28,129 nt of DNA, taken from NCBI GenBank assembly GCA_016933575.1, contig JAFGAR010000099.1, positions 1 through 28,129 on the forward strand, read 5' to 3'. Under the pieces are notes generated by a model. The model worked only from the letters and a program-made list of their open reading frames with translations. It searched no databases and was not told the origin of the DNA. Below, piece by piece: positions 9,178 through 19,125 of the stretch. The stretch comes from Candidatus Thorarchaeota archaeon. Its GTDB lineage: Archaea; Asgardarchaeota; Thorarchaeia; Thorarchaeales; Thorarchaeaceae. Both the position numbers and the translations under genes were made by a program. Within the stretch, counting starts at the first letter, position 1, and each line of letters begins with the position of its first letter.

Positions 9178-10988
9178 GATGATTCCTCCTCGCAGTCAGA
9201 TAGAGTTCGAATCCCCTCTCCGAAGGCATTCAAAGCCTTTGTTTTCATGTCCCCTACATACTGCGAAACACCATCTTCGATGCTTCTTCCATCATCGAAA
9301 TCAATACCCAAGATCTTTACCATCATACGTCCGAATTCGTTTCGAAAATGGAATCGTCCAATCCGTATTCCTTGTTTCTCACCCGCTCCCATTGATAGCA
9401 GTACCAAACCTAACTTCGTTTCGGAAAGATTCTTGAATTGCAGCTGGCCCATGAATGCTGGAGAGATCTCATCAGTTTTAGCATATCTCACAGCGAGCAG
9501 GCGAGCTGTCTTTCCACTTCCTACTTGAATATTTAAAGGCTGAAGCTTTCCTCTTATAAGAGGTGCATCTTGGACCTCTATCAACGCCTTGAGTGATCCA
9601 TTTTTCGTTGTCATCCCAAAAATATCGCAGACGATACAAGGATGCGAATGATCTCTGCATTCTTCCCGCTGTTGAATTCTCCCTTCTTCTCCATACAATC
9701 TCTTGTGAATAGATGAAGATCTAGATGAATATCTCTCTTGCTTAACGAAACAGCTTTCAACGCTGCCTTCTACTTCGACAAAAGAATGTTCCAATCTTGA
9801 TCTGAACACACCTTTGAGGGTAGATCCTGGAATTACTGTGGTAGGCTTCTCATTTCCTTGATGTTTTTGATAGCTAAACGATTCATATTGATTGATCTTG
9901 CTCTCAAACGACACTCCCATATTCAAAATCTCGTCAAATGATGAGCCAGATTCTATCATCTCGACTATCCTGCTATCAACCTTCTTTGTAGAGGGATGTA
10001 GATGACCTGCTCCCACAAATATGCTATATCCTTTTAGTGGCGTTAGTTCGAACCGGATTCTACCCGAATTCGATAGATGTATCTCATTCCTTGGGGTCAT
10101 GTTCATTTTTCTAACATGCAATAGGTGCCCATTACCTTGACGAGGAATCCCCTCCTTTACTCGATCAATCTCTCTTATGCTTCCGCGCTTAATGGGATGA
10201 TCCCATTTCGCACTTGACCAGTCATTAATCACTTGGGTGAGCGACACATCATTTCCTTTCAAATGATATTGCCAAGGTAGTTCTATCTCTGGTATCTGTT
10301 CCAATGTCCTCTGTTGAAAGACTACGTTAGCTACCGTAACATTCATGCCCCCGAATCCCTTTGTTGTTAGTCCTCCAAGCTTCAGGTGTCCTGAATTGAA
10401 TTTGAAAAGCCTTGACAATAGGAGAGCGAGAGTGACATCATCGACATCACGGATAATCAGTTTGGATGCAAAACGACTGCCAACCTTTACATATTCAATA
10501 GAAAAAAGCGCAGTGTTACTCGTCGCCCCGCCAATACGATCCATAGCGATCCCTTTTCGTTCAGCGGTAGGGACAACACCACCTAACTGACCCGGTAGTA
10601 GCAATGCATCTTCTAGTCTAATTTTGCCTCGATATCCATGAGTTCCAAATAGCTTGCAAGCAGTACAGAATTCATCGATAATCTTCCTTAGCTGCTGTTT
10701 GTTCTTCTCTCTTTGTGCAACTCTAATTCGCTGTTCATGCGCTTTTCCACAAGAATTCTTTCCTTTTTGACTATCACAACAACTCTCTCCAACTCGCTGC
10801 AATTCTGCTACTACAGCACTTCTTAGGACACCTTTCAGACTTGTGCCAGGAAGGTATGGCGTTTCTTTCCCATCAATCCATGTCTTTAGCACTGGCATAT
10901 CAAAATCTTTGCTCTTGCAGTCCGATCCTATTTTCAAGGGTGTAGTATTCTCCCAAAGCAATTCAAAGATATACTCCCCTTCTATCAT
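9174..10988 (-). CDS. cas7: Cas7-Cas7 fusion RAMP (type III-D-like), with Cys-rich zinc sites
   Basis: Two RAMP motif sets: PYLPGTSLKGVLRS...CTACKLFG...LGGLTTKGFG, and VIPGSTLKGVFRS...CIVCDIFG...IGRFHFRNEFG. Confidence 0.9.
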   Translation of the reverse strand: MIEGEYIFELLWENTTPLKIGSDCKSKDFDMPVLKTWIDGKETPYLPGTSLKGVLRSAVVAELQRVGESCCDSQKGKNSCGKAHEQRIRVAQREKNKQQLRKIIDEFCTACKLFGTHGYRGKIRLEDALLLPGQLGGVVPTAERKGIAMDRIGGATSNTALFSIEYVKVGSRFASKLIIRDVDDVTLALLLSRLFKFNSGHLKLGGLTTKGFGGMNVTVANVVFQQRTLEQIPEIELPWQYHLKGNDVSLTQVINDWSSAKWDHPIKRGSIREIDRVKEGIPRQGNGHLLHVRKMNMTPRNEIHLSNSGRIRFELTPLKGYSIFVGAGHLHPSTKKVDSRIVEMIESGSSFDEILNMGVSFESKINQYESFSYQKHQGNEKPTTVIPGSTLKGVFRSRLEHSFVEVEGSVESCFVKQERYSSRSSSIHKRLYGEEGRIQQREECRDHSHPCIVCDIFGMTTKNGSLKALIEVQDAPLIRGKLQPLNIQVGSGKTARLLAVRYAKTDEISPAFMGQLQFKNLSETKLGLVLLSMGAGEKQGIRIGRFHFRNEFGRMMVKILGIDFDDGRSIEDGVSQYVGDMKTKALNAFGEGIRTLSDCEEESS

Positions 10989-11001
10989 GTTTGGATGCCT
11001 C

Positions 11002-11667
11002 CTACAATTGAATCTCAGATGTGATATCTCTATATTGCAACTCGAGCGAACGCACAGACTCCTTAGTAAGAACCTCTATCCTTTCCACATCTAGATGTAC
11101 CACGCCAAGCCCCGCTGATGTTTTACCTCCGATCGCGATATTCCCACGGCTGAGTTCGCGTAAAACCAACTTCAATACCTTTGAGATAATGGTTTCTTCT
11201 CTAAGATCAATATTCTCGAGAACCAGTTGAAATGAGAATTGCGTACTAGGGGCAATTGTTTCCAGCTCATACTTCATGCCATGGCTTGCTGCGCCAGTGA
11301 TCGCGTCGATCGCAACCCCTGGTTTTGTTTCTGTCATCACGGGCTGCAATGGAAGACAATCCGAAAATGAAGCATGGCCCTTCACTCTCAACGAATCATC
11401 AGAATTCCCAAAGATATAGTTAATTATCAACTGCTTATCAGAATGATCTTCAATCAATCTCTCTGTATATCCCCGAATCACACCCTTCAGGCTCGATCCT
11501 GGGATATATGGGACCGACTCCCCTCTAATTGATGTTCTAATTATTGGATTATCATACTTTTCAGCCTTAGTCCCTGATCCGATATGCAATTGGGTCTTAT
11601 TCGTTATAGAACCCTTAATCACTGTTCTGCACTCGAACTTGTCAAAATCATCAGGCCGAATGGTCAT
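11002..11667 (-). CDS. csm3: Cas7 backbone RNase (Csm3/Csx7-like)
   Basis: LHIGSG, YDNPII (candidate catalytic Asp), PYIPGSSLKGVIR, IGGKTSAGLG. Confidence 0.93.
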   Translation of the reverse strand: MTIRPDDFDKFECRTVIKGSITNKTQLHIGSGTKAEKYDNPIIRTSIRGESVPYIPGSSLKGVIRGYTERLIEDHSDKQLIINYIFGNSDDSLRVKGHASFSDCLPLQPVMTETKPGVAIDAITGAASHGMKYELETIAPSTQFSFQLVLENIDLREETIISKVLKLVLRELSRGNIAIGGKTSAGLGVVHLDVERIEVLTKESVRSLELQYRDITSEIQL

Positions 11668-12065
11668 CGCCTCTCTCTCCTCTCTGGACTAGGAGCAAAG
11701 ACTTGTCTGGCAAACTCATCAAATGCTGAATTCTCGTTTTGAATTCTAATCGAATCCAATTCCTCTGCACCTTTGAAGAGTCGTTTTATGTGATTCAGAT
11801 ATTGCCGAGCTGTCCTAGCAGGATCTTTCTCATCGGACTTGATTACCTCCATAAGATCCTGATAGACACATTTACAGAACTCCTTCGGAAGAATCCGTCC
11901 TGACTGATATACAAGGTGCTCTTGCACAGCATAGATACCTTCAACACCTTGTCTTGATGATAGCACCTCAAGAAGCTGATTCAATTGAGACGAACCCTCT
12001 CGTTTCTTCTTGAGCAGTTTACTTACACTAATAGCAGCTTTATTGAGAAGTATTTGTGTTTCCAT
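11664..12065 (-). CDS. cas11: Probable Cas11 small subunit (Csm2-like)
   Basis: About 133 aa, helical-looking and basic, with a YQSGR motif; first gene of the effector operon. Start may be GTG 12068. Confidence 0.65.
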   Translation of the reverse strand: METQILLNKAAISVSKLLKKKREGSSQLNQLLEVLSSRQGVEGIYAVQEHLVYQSGRILPKEFCKCVYQDLMEVIKSDEKDPARTARQYLNHIKRLFKGAEELDSIRIQNENSAFDEFARQVFAPSPERRERR

Positions 12066-12177
12066 CACACCACGCTCCTAATCCATCACCATGTCACGAA
12101 CCTAGATATAAGATTATAGGATTTTTCCTGTGAATATGGTTTATCGAGGAAACATGCGTTTGTGATGGAAAGTTTCT

Positions 12178-12996
12178 CTACATTAGCTCTATATCGGTTG
12201 AGATCATTCCAAGACCCGCAGTACGGTGCTTTCCGATATTACTATATTCTGCGAAACGAGCAAGACCAGCAGTCATCCGCGACATTGGGATCGAGCCATC
12301 TTTGATGGTATAGTACACAGTGCCAATGAATCCAACTATCTGCATACCAGATCCTGTCTTTAGTGGATAGGTTCTTATCGTGTATCTCGGGATCTCGATA
12401 TTTCTTTTTACCCACTCCCTGTACTCCCCAAGCGGGAAGAAATAGGTCGTTCTATCTATAGACTGCCAGATTTTCATCAAGGCAGGGAAGACCTTTTCAG
12501 GCATAGGGAACAAGCATAATGCGTTCGAATCTGAATGTGCCAGCTGCGTTGGAGTGCGGAATGTCAATGCGATCCGAATCCTCTCAGCTTTTTGCAGCTC
12601 TGGTGCGTCTACCCATGTATGCATGATTTCTTGGGGCTCCATAATCGAAACACCAATGCGTCGTACTGGCAAGATGTTCTCATACAAGCGAATGTACAAA
12701 TCATCCTTCAGAATCAGGTGCTTGGTGAAATCACGGTAGTTTTGGTGATTAAGGAGAGTGATATCGAAGGAGTCCTCAATTCCCTGTCGTAGTGTCGTGC
12801 TGAAATGCCTGTCATGCGACATAATGCCGAGGGCATACATCCGAACTCCCTGTCCTTGGTGAGTATCACTACTCAGTTTTCTATCATAATTCTTCAAGAT
12901 GTCGAGAAAGGCTGCGCGAAGAGGGATGCCTGAGAATCCTATCTCCTTGGTCACGGGACTGGTTATATCAAACCTTAGAGATATCAAGCTTAGCAA
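12178..12996 (-). CDS. cas6: Cas6 crRNA-processing endoribonuclease
   Basis: FRTPT, LFPMPEKVF, GFIG and C-terminal IGKHRTAGLG loop; TTG start preceded by AGGAGG. Confidence 0.93.
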   Translation of the reverse strand: MLSLISLRFDITSPVTKEIGFSGIPLRAAFLDILKNYDRKLSSDTHQGQGVRMYALGIMSHDRHFSTTLRQGIEDSFDITLLNHQNYRDFTKHLILKDDLYIRLYENILPVRRIGVSIMEPQEIMHTWVDAPELQKAERIRIALTFRTPTQLAHSDSNALCLFPMPEKVFPALMKIWQSIDRTTYFFPLGEYREWVKRNIEIPRYTIRTYPLKTGSGMQIVGFIGTVYYTIKDGSIPMSRMTAGLARFAEYSNIGKHRTAGLGMISTDIELM

Positions 12997-13244
12997 CGCC
13001 TCCTCCTAGTGTGTTTGTCTTCAAGCATCTGGCAATCAACCGGACGCTTCTTTCTCACATGATCCGTCCTAGTGATTACATTAGACCCCTGATAAGGATC
13101 GATAGAGAACCTTTCTCATAAGCCTTTCAAGTATTGCAAGGGTTTCCTTATAAGCAAGGTTGCAGATTCCCGATCCCCTTGAGAGCAATTCAAGAAGAGG
13201 TCTATACTTGCTTATTTTCGCAAAATTGATATATCTTCGCTCCT
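12997..13244 (+). promoter_or_regulatory. Probable leader of array 2, divergent from cas6
   Basis: Non-coding stretch next to the non-degenerate end of array 2, with TTATAA-like elements. Confidence 0.6.
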
Positions 13245-13725
13245 CTTGCAAAAGCAGATCCCACCTATAGGGAATTGAAACACGAAAAAGTCAAAGATTG
13301 CTGGTGCTTTCTTGACCCCCAGCTTGCAAAAGCAGATCCCACCTATAGGGAATTGAAACATGTCGTATGAAGCCGATGAAGTCCTCCAAACACGGCCACT
13401 CTTGCAAAAGCAGATCCCACCTATAGGGAATTGAAACCATTGAACTCTGTAATCGCATCAAGCATACCTTCCAAACTTGCAAAAGCAGATCCCACCTATA
13501 GAGAATTGAAACATATAGTACCCATAGTCCATGCCCATCGTCGCATCGCACTTGCAAAAGCAGATCCCACCTATAGGGAATTGAAACTACCAACTTGGTC
13601 TAATAGTCACATTGTCCTTGATGTATATCTTGCAAAAGCAGATCCCACCTATAGGGAATTGAAACTCCATGGATGCGGAGACCACACTGAAAACTTGTCT
13701 TCTTTGCCTGATCGTTTTGCAAAAG
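13245..13725 (+). CRISPR. CRISPR array 2: 6 repeats CTTGCAAAAGCAGATCCCACCTATAGGGAATTGAAAC (37 bp) plus a terminal remnant
   Basis: Repeats at 13245, 13323, 13401, 13476 (one G>A), 13551 and 13629. Spacers between full repeats are 38-41 bp. Remnant TTGCAAAAG at about 13717. Confidence 0.98.
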
Positions 13726-13759
13726 ATATAATTTACTCTCCATCCGAAAGTGAATATAT

Positions 13760-14458
13760 TCAGTGTTCAGTTTTCTTAAGGCCTTTCCATGCACGAACGG
13801 TTTTCCCAAGTTCGGTTATGTACACCTCACGGACCCGCCCACTCGACTCGCTGACCCTACGTTCTACCAATCCCCAATTCATAAGCTTCTTCACAAGTTT
13901 CGATGCGCTCGACGTTTGCTCTAAGGATGCCATCTCCATAGCATCTCGCCATCTTTTGCTAAGATCCTTTAGGGACTTTACCATCCCGTTTTCGCTATTG
14001 TAAAGCACGTCTAACATTGTAAGCTGTGCCTTGGTAAGACTAAGCGTGGGCAAGGTTGGTATCTCCCTAATGTCCTTCGGTTGACGTGTTTCATGATCGG
14101 TGATGGTAACAAGAAACATATCGCTCTCAGTTAGAAATGCCGCCTGGGATAACGCAAGAGTAACGAATCTGGTACCAAGTCCCACATAGAAAACAGGGCT
14201 GTATCCCTTACACTCATCCTGTATCATTGTTAGAGTGGTACTGAGAATAGCCATATAATCCTCTGGATCGACCTGCTTGATGACGAACTTGATACCTTTC
14301 GGTTGATAGGTGTCCCTGAGTTTCTCAGCATGCATTACTGAGGAAGCATCCGCGACCAAGGCAACCATCTTGTAGCTCCCTTGAATCATGGCAAACTCGA
14401 TTCTCTCATGATCGTACATTCCAACTCCAGCTATTAGCACGCGTTTTCCCTTAGCCAT
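13760..14458 (-). CDS. csa3: Csa3-like CARF + winged HTH transcriptional regulator
   Basis: N-terminal Rossmann-like domain (VLIAGVG, FYVGLGTRFVTLAL). C-terminal MarR-like wHTH (VKKLMNWGLVER...GRVREVYITELG). GAGGTG precedes ATG 14458. Confidence 0.8.
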   Translation of the reverse strand: MAKGKRVLIAGVGMYDHERIEFAMIQGSYKMVALVADASSVMHAEKLRDTYQPKGIKFVIKQVDPEDYMAILSTTLTMIQDECKGYSPVFYVGLGTRFVTLALSQAAFLTESDMFLVTITDHETRQPKDIREIPTLPTLSLTKAQLTMLDVLYNSENGMVKSLKDLSKRWRDAMEMASLEQTSSASKLVKKLMNWGLVERRVSESSGRVREVYITELGKTVRAWKGLKKTEH

Positions 14459-14563
14459 GTTTCCACCTCTCACCAAGCATTTGATGGATTATGCTCCATG
14501 ATTATAACATTTGCCTTTCGCATGAAAGCTTTGTATTGATGATGTATATCCAAATGACTATTA

Positions 14564-16582
14564 CTAATTTCTATCGTCTCGGAGCACAGCCAAACGATTG
14601 TGTTGATGCAACACCTCATGATCCTCAATATATGGACGTTTCGAGAGTTCTCGCCTAATATCCACGAATGCCTTTGGTGGGTTGTGGAAGAAGACCACCT
14701 TCTTTGGCATCAAGCTATCGAAGAGTTCCATGAGCTGATCCTTGTCTGGATGATAGTTGAATATCTGATGCGATTCGAACTCCCAATTAAGGACCTTGCA
14801 TTTGACGGGCACTTTGTGGAATCTATCGTCGCCCTCTTTTCCTATCTCAACAAATCCCCTTCCTGATATCAGATCTAGCGTTCCACTACTTCTTGGCGCA
14901 CCGATGACTACGACGAGATTATCTTTTCCCCCCAATACCTGCTTCAATGCACTGAATCTATCCGAGCTAAGTTTCCCATGTAGATTAGCGTCCATGCTAA
15001 TCACACATTCGCCTTTGATCGCATTCTTTAGACCGATTCCTCCAAGATGTGGATAGTCTTCTTCCAATCGACGAATCATAGCTGAGTGGAATGGATCATT
15101 GTGCATTTGGATCTTCTCCTCGATGGATGGATCTAAGTCATCAGCCCTATCACGGAGAATGCACATCTGTTCCCATGTTGCTGAATCAAAGTAGAATGGG
15201 ATTCTCCCTGCATTCCAATCAATGAGTCCTTGGCGAATAATGAAATAGGTCACTATCGCTCCTATGTTCTGATCTGAAAGAAGTAGAGTGACTCCTCCCT
15301 TTTGATATACATCGACGATGTCACTATACAATCGAGCTCGCGTCAGGGATTCCTTTGGAAACTCAAGATCCGCTGCGGATCCATCGCAAATGATCGCGTC
15401 AGGGTGTACCTTCAATGTACTCAGTGCGCTTCTCCCTGATGCTATCGGCTCGAATTCCAAGAGATTGAAGTCTCCTGTGAAAAGAATGCTGTAGTCATCC
15501 ACTGCAAAAAGAGTCATAATAGCACCTGGGAAATGCCCCGCTTGGCATATCTTGATTGAGAATCCCTGTCCGAATTCCAATGTTTCTCCATAGGATACCA
15601 GTACCATTCTCGCTAGCAGCTTTGAGAATTTCCTATCGAGCAATTTCGAGGCTTTCTCAAGTTGCATTCCCTCTTGTTCATCCCTGCTAAGAGCTTGATA
15701 GTCGTCTTCCTTCATGATCTCCTTCTTAGTGATCTCTAGGATTTCTTGATATTCTCTACTCCTTGCCAAGCCCAACTCAAGTGTGGCTCTGGTAGTTAGC
15801 AGAGGCGCCTCACAACCGTATTTCTCATAGAGATCGATGACTCCCCCGAAATGGTCTGAGTGGGCATGTGAAACTACGACTAGATCAAGCTTTTCCGGAC
15901 CAATACTCTCAATGAGATCTGAGCAATCAGCAGTCTTTTCAGGAGGCCAATAGAATCCAGCATCAAGGAGGATACGGAGTCCACCAAGCCGAAGCTTCAT
16001 GCTGCTTTGTCCACTTCCACCTACTTGTCTTACTGCTACCCATTTCTTTGTCGCATCTATCGAGTTAAGTTTGAAGGGTTTTAGATGCGTAGCAGTCCTT
16101 GCACGAGTGTCTAGCCAGCAGGAAACGAGCTCCCGTGGCAAAGGCGGACCGGTAATATATAGATAGACTCCGAATTCGTTGGCGTATCGCTCAATATGCT
16201 TGAATAGCTCGGTTCCTCGTCGTATCCGAACCTGTACAACTGGGTACTCGCTAAAATTCTTCATTATGAGAAAGCTGTGTAGTGAATATTTATCCACAGA
16301 GGGGATTTCTTTATCGATCCAGATCGTATTGACTAGCTTATCAAGAGCGAAGCTCTTGCGATCGTGTTTTGATATGATAGATTGAATTCTTTCCTCATAG
16401 ACTTTCGTCGGTTTCCATTCCCAGTCCAAATAGCCTACACGGAATACATGACGCTTACCATCAATCTTGAAGTTCATCAGGAGAGGCTTACCGCACTCTG
16501 AGCATTTGTCATTGTATTGTGAAGGTCTAAAGCAATATGGACAGATCATTTCATTACTCACAGATTCCACCACAACCGACAT
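14564..16582 (-). CDS. Metallo-beta-lactamase/beta-CASP nuclease with N-terminal zinc ribbon
   Basis: LLDAG, SHAHSDH, AGHFPGA, FTGD; beta-CASP-like CDGS, YHPD, FFH; N-terminal CPYC...CSEC. Start uncertain (16582-16624). Confidence 0.88.
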   Translation of the reverse strand: MSVVVESVSNEMICPYCFRPSQYNDKCSECGKPLLMNFKIDGKRHVFRVGYLDWEWKPTKVYEERIQSIISKHDRKSFALDKLVNTIWIDKEIPSVDKYSLHSFLIMKNFSEYPVVQVRIRRGTELFKHIERYANEFGVYLYITGPPLPRELVSCWLDTRARTATHLKPFKLNSIDATKKWVAVRQVGGSGQSSMKLRLGGLRILLDAGFYWPPEKTADCSDLIESIGPEKLDLVVVSHAHSDHFGGVIDLYEKYGCEAPLLTTRATLELGLARSREYQEILEITKKEIMKEDDYQALSRDEQEGMQLEKASKLLDRKFSKLLARMVLVSYGETLEFGQGFSIKICQAGHFPGAIMTLFAVDDYSILFTGDFNLLEFEPIASGRSALSTLKVHPDAIICDGSAADLEFPKESLTRARLYSDIVDVYQKGGVTLLLSDQNIGAIVTYFIIRQGLIDWNAGRIPFYFDSATWEQMCILRDRADDLDPSIEEKIQMHNDPFHSAMIRRLEEDYPHLGGIGLKNAIKGECVISMDANLHGKLSSDRFSALKQVLGGKDNLVVVIGAPRSSGTLDLISGRGFVEIGKEGDDRFHKVPVKCKVLNWEFESHQIFNYHPDKDQLMELFDSLMPKKVVFFHNPPKAFVDIRRELSKRPYIEDHEVLHQHNRLAVLRDDRN

Positions 16583-16692
16583 AGAGGAGCTGCGATATTT
16601 GATTCTTATCTGTATCACTTGCAATCAGGAGGGAAAGTTTCTGGCGGATATCCTAAATGCTCATGGTTCAAGGATATTCTGGTGGTAAAAGC

Positions 16693-17388
16693 ATGAGGGT
16701 AGGTATAGAAGATCGAGATGGCACAATGCGAGTGGATGATAGCTCTCTGTACAATATAGCTTTGGGCGGCTCTTTGGCTGAGGTGTTGAAGCAACTTGCT
16801 GATGCAGGTACACTTGTTGATATCCTTACGATCACTTCACCATCTCTTAATCAGGATGAATCCTTACTCAAAAGAGAAACTCACGGTGTTAGAATCATCA
16901 TGGTTGGTGAGGATCATGTTGTTCTGGGTCCGAAGAGACCCATCTTTACATCCTTCCTACCATTGGATGATATCCTTATGGTACGAATCACAGAAACTCA
17001 AGAATGTGATGAAGGATACATCGAGGATGACGATTTCGATGACGAGTTCTTAATTCCCGATGGGCTCTTACACGAAATTAGTCCTCTCGACCTTGAGGAT
17101 GCTATTGCTGACACCTCTGTTGTAGTTCTATTGATTATTGGAGAGGAGGACAACTCCAAGATCGTTGAAATGATGCAAAGCCTTGCAGAGGAATTTCACG
17201 AAGATGCTCTCTTCATTAGGGTAGCTCCAACAGAGGAAGTTGAGACAGAGTTTGGAGTAGATGAAGTTCCTGCTGTAGTCATTCTATCTGATGATGAGAT
17301 ATTGAGCCAAATTGTAGGAGTACAGCAAATCAGAAGATATCGTAAGGATATCTTGGATGCCATTGACCTTTCTGAGGCGGGTGACTGA
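16693..17388 (+). CDS. Unknown N-terminal domain + acidic linker + thioredoxin-like fold lacking CxxC
   Basis: C-terminal LAEEF...FIRV...EFGVDEVPAVVIL...QIVG pattern of the Trx fold; no CxxC. Confidence 0.65.
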   Translation: MRVGIEDRDGTMRVDDSSLYNIALGGSLAEVLKQLADAGTLVDILTITSPSLNQDESLLKRETHGVRIIMVGEDHVVLGPKRPIFTSFLPLDDILMVRITETQECDEGYIEDDDFDDEFLIPDGLLHEISPLDLEDAIADTSVVVLLIIGEEDNSKIVEMMQSLAEEFHEDALFIRVAPTEEVETEFGVDEVPAVVILSDDEILSQIVGVQQIRRYRKDILDAIDLSEAGD

Positions 17389-17389
17389 C

Positions 17390-18091
17390 ATGAGTAGATC
17401 TATCATTCCCTCAATTCGATCTAATGACTTTGAGGAAACAATTGCCAAGTATGAGCGAGTTATCGTAGATTTTTATTCAGATTTCTGCGCTCCATGCTCG
17501 GCTTTAAGCTCTGCCTTAGAAGAGCTAATTCCTGAATACCCAGAATCATATTACTTCAAGATAGATATCGAAGAGGCTTCTGAACTAGCTGATGATATGG
17601 ATGTCCAAGCCATTCCGTGTCTAATGTTCTTCAATGATGGAAAGATCAAGAAACAGGTCATTGGATATCTTGGTCCTGAGAAGCTGGAGAATGATATCCG
17701 AAGTTTCTTGGGTTATGAGACCAATGATCTTTCAGACACGTTCGCAGACGGTGAACTTTGGGACCTTGATGATTCTGATGCAGTCGATATGATACAAAAT
17801 GTGCGTTTGTCCGTTCTCTATTTCATTGGCTCTGAGAAAACAGGAAGCGGATCCCTAAAACGGAATCTCAAGATGCTGGCAAATGAATTCGAAGGGATGA
17901 TTTTCTTTGGCATGCTTGAGTCTGTAGACTCTCCAGCTACAAGGAATAGACTAAGAATCCCACGAAAACAGCATGTCATTTTATTCCTTCAAGATGGCTT
18001 ACCAAAGAGCAGATTGATCGGGAAGGCGGGAATGCGTGAACTGAGGACGGAGATAGCCCGATTGCTATCACAAAAGTATCAAGAATCATGA
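17390..18091 (+). CDS. Tandem thioredoxin-domain protein (first domain with CAPC, second without CxxC)
   Basis: IVDFYSDFCAPC, VQAIPCLMFFNDG; second Trx-like repeat. Confidence 0.88.
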   Translation: MSRSIIPSIRSNDFEETIAKYERVIVDFYSDFCAPCSALSSALEELIPEYPESYYFKIDIEEASELADDMDVQAIPCLMFFNDGKIKKQVIGYLGPEKLENDIRSFLGYETNDLSDTFADGELWDLDDSDAVDMIQNVRLSVLYFIGSEKTGSGSLKRNLKMLANEFEGMIFFGMLESVDSPATRNRLRIPRKQHVILFLQDGLPKSRLIGKAGMRELRTEIARLLSQKYQES

Positions 18092-18162
18092 ACGTCTGGT
18101 GGAAAGCTTCTCATTGTTAGTTGATATCTATTTGCCTCTTTCCAAGTTAGGAGGTATATGGA

Positions 18163-19014
18163 TTGGAGTTCTACACACAGAAAGGTGCCGTTTGCGCGTC
18201 TATCGTCAGCTTTAGCTTGAGCATCGGCTTTAGAGGTTTGATAATCTGTTTTTCGACAATCAAGGATACAGTGGCACTGCTCTTGTATTTTCCTCTGTGG
18301 ATTTCTATTGATCTGCTGTTGATAGTCGCTTTCTCAATCTATGGATTCTTTTTTGTATCTCTATCAATCATCATTACGAATCACTTCCAAATGTTTCTCT
18401 TGATCGATCCCTTGATGTATTCGTTTTTTGAAATTAATATACTATCAATTCAGATACTAGCACAATATAGCGAGAAGCTAAATTCACTTGTAGGTGCAGA
18501 TATTTACGATTATGTTCTTTCAATTCTAATTCCTTTTCTCCTGGCAATATCCTTCACCTGTATTCTCCTCTTTCACATGTCAATACCAATCTATGTATCA
18601 TGGGTTACTCAAATTGCTACTCTATTCACAGGCTATTTTGGCGCCCTGTTGCTAGGCATGTATCCTTGCCGATACTTCCTTCTGCAAAGAAAGGCAAATC
18701 CCTACACATGGGGTTCTCCATTCCTCATGGATCTACTTTACTTCAATATACAAGGCACTTCTCATGGTAGATCTCTTAGCCATGTGACCCAACCAGTGCA
18801 TTCTACACGAAGACCTCAATCAACTGCGAGAAGTGACCCTCGTAGTGATCACATAATTGGAACCCCGCGGAGCGAATCCAGAAGAGTCAATGATACGATC
18901 ATTGCTCCGAATATGGTACTGATAACCCCCCGAGGAGAGATAATCTGTTCAAGATGTGGGACCTCGAATTGGACAAGCAGGCGACGTTGTAGAAGATGTC
19001 AGGCAGCACTATAG
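18163..19014 (+). CDS. Multi-pass membrane protein with C-terminal RanBP2-type zinc finger
   Basis: About 4-5 hydrophobic segments, a polar linker, then CSRC-GTS-N-WTSRRR-CRRC (C-x2-C-x3-N-x6-C-x2-C); AGGAGG upstream. Confidence 0.7.
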   Translation: MEFYTQKGAVCASIVSFSLSIGFRGLIICFSTIKDTVALLLYFPLWISIDLLLIVAFSIYGFFFVSLSIIITNHFQMFLLIDPLMYSFFEINILSIQILAQYSEKLNSLVGADIYDYVLSILIPFLLAISFTCILLFHMSIPIYVSWVTQIATLFTGYFGALLLGMYPCRYFLLQRKANPYTWGSPFLMDLLYFNIQGTSHGRSLSHVTQPVHSTRRPQSTARSDPRSDHIIGTPRSESRRVNDTIIAPNMVLITPRGEIICSRCGTSNWTSRRRCRRCQAAL

Positions 19015-19125
19015 ATGCGAAATCGTATCTGTGTTACTAAAGAAAAGTTTCCCATGAAATAGAAAGTTTCCAAGATTGGATTCAATACATCATATTACTT
19101 AGGTATGTTTTGAGGGTCATACGAA

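Noticed and set aside
1-13725. Self-targeting spacers within the window
   Set aside because: Only short chance matches (about 11 nt) were noticed by eye; an exhaustive alignment was not possible.
13291-14003. ORFs overlapping array 2
   Set aside because: Repeat translations or antisense to csa3.
14564-16582. Type VII Cas14 assignment
   Set aside because: A full Cas10 is present, and the beta-CASP domain is C-terminal without a Cas10-like tail.
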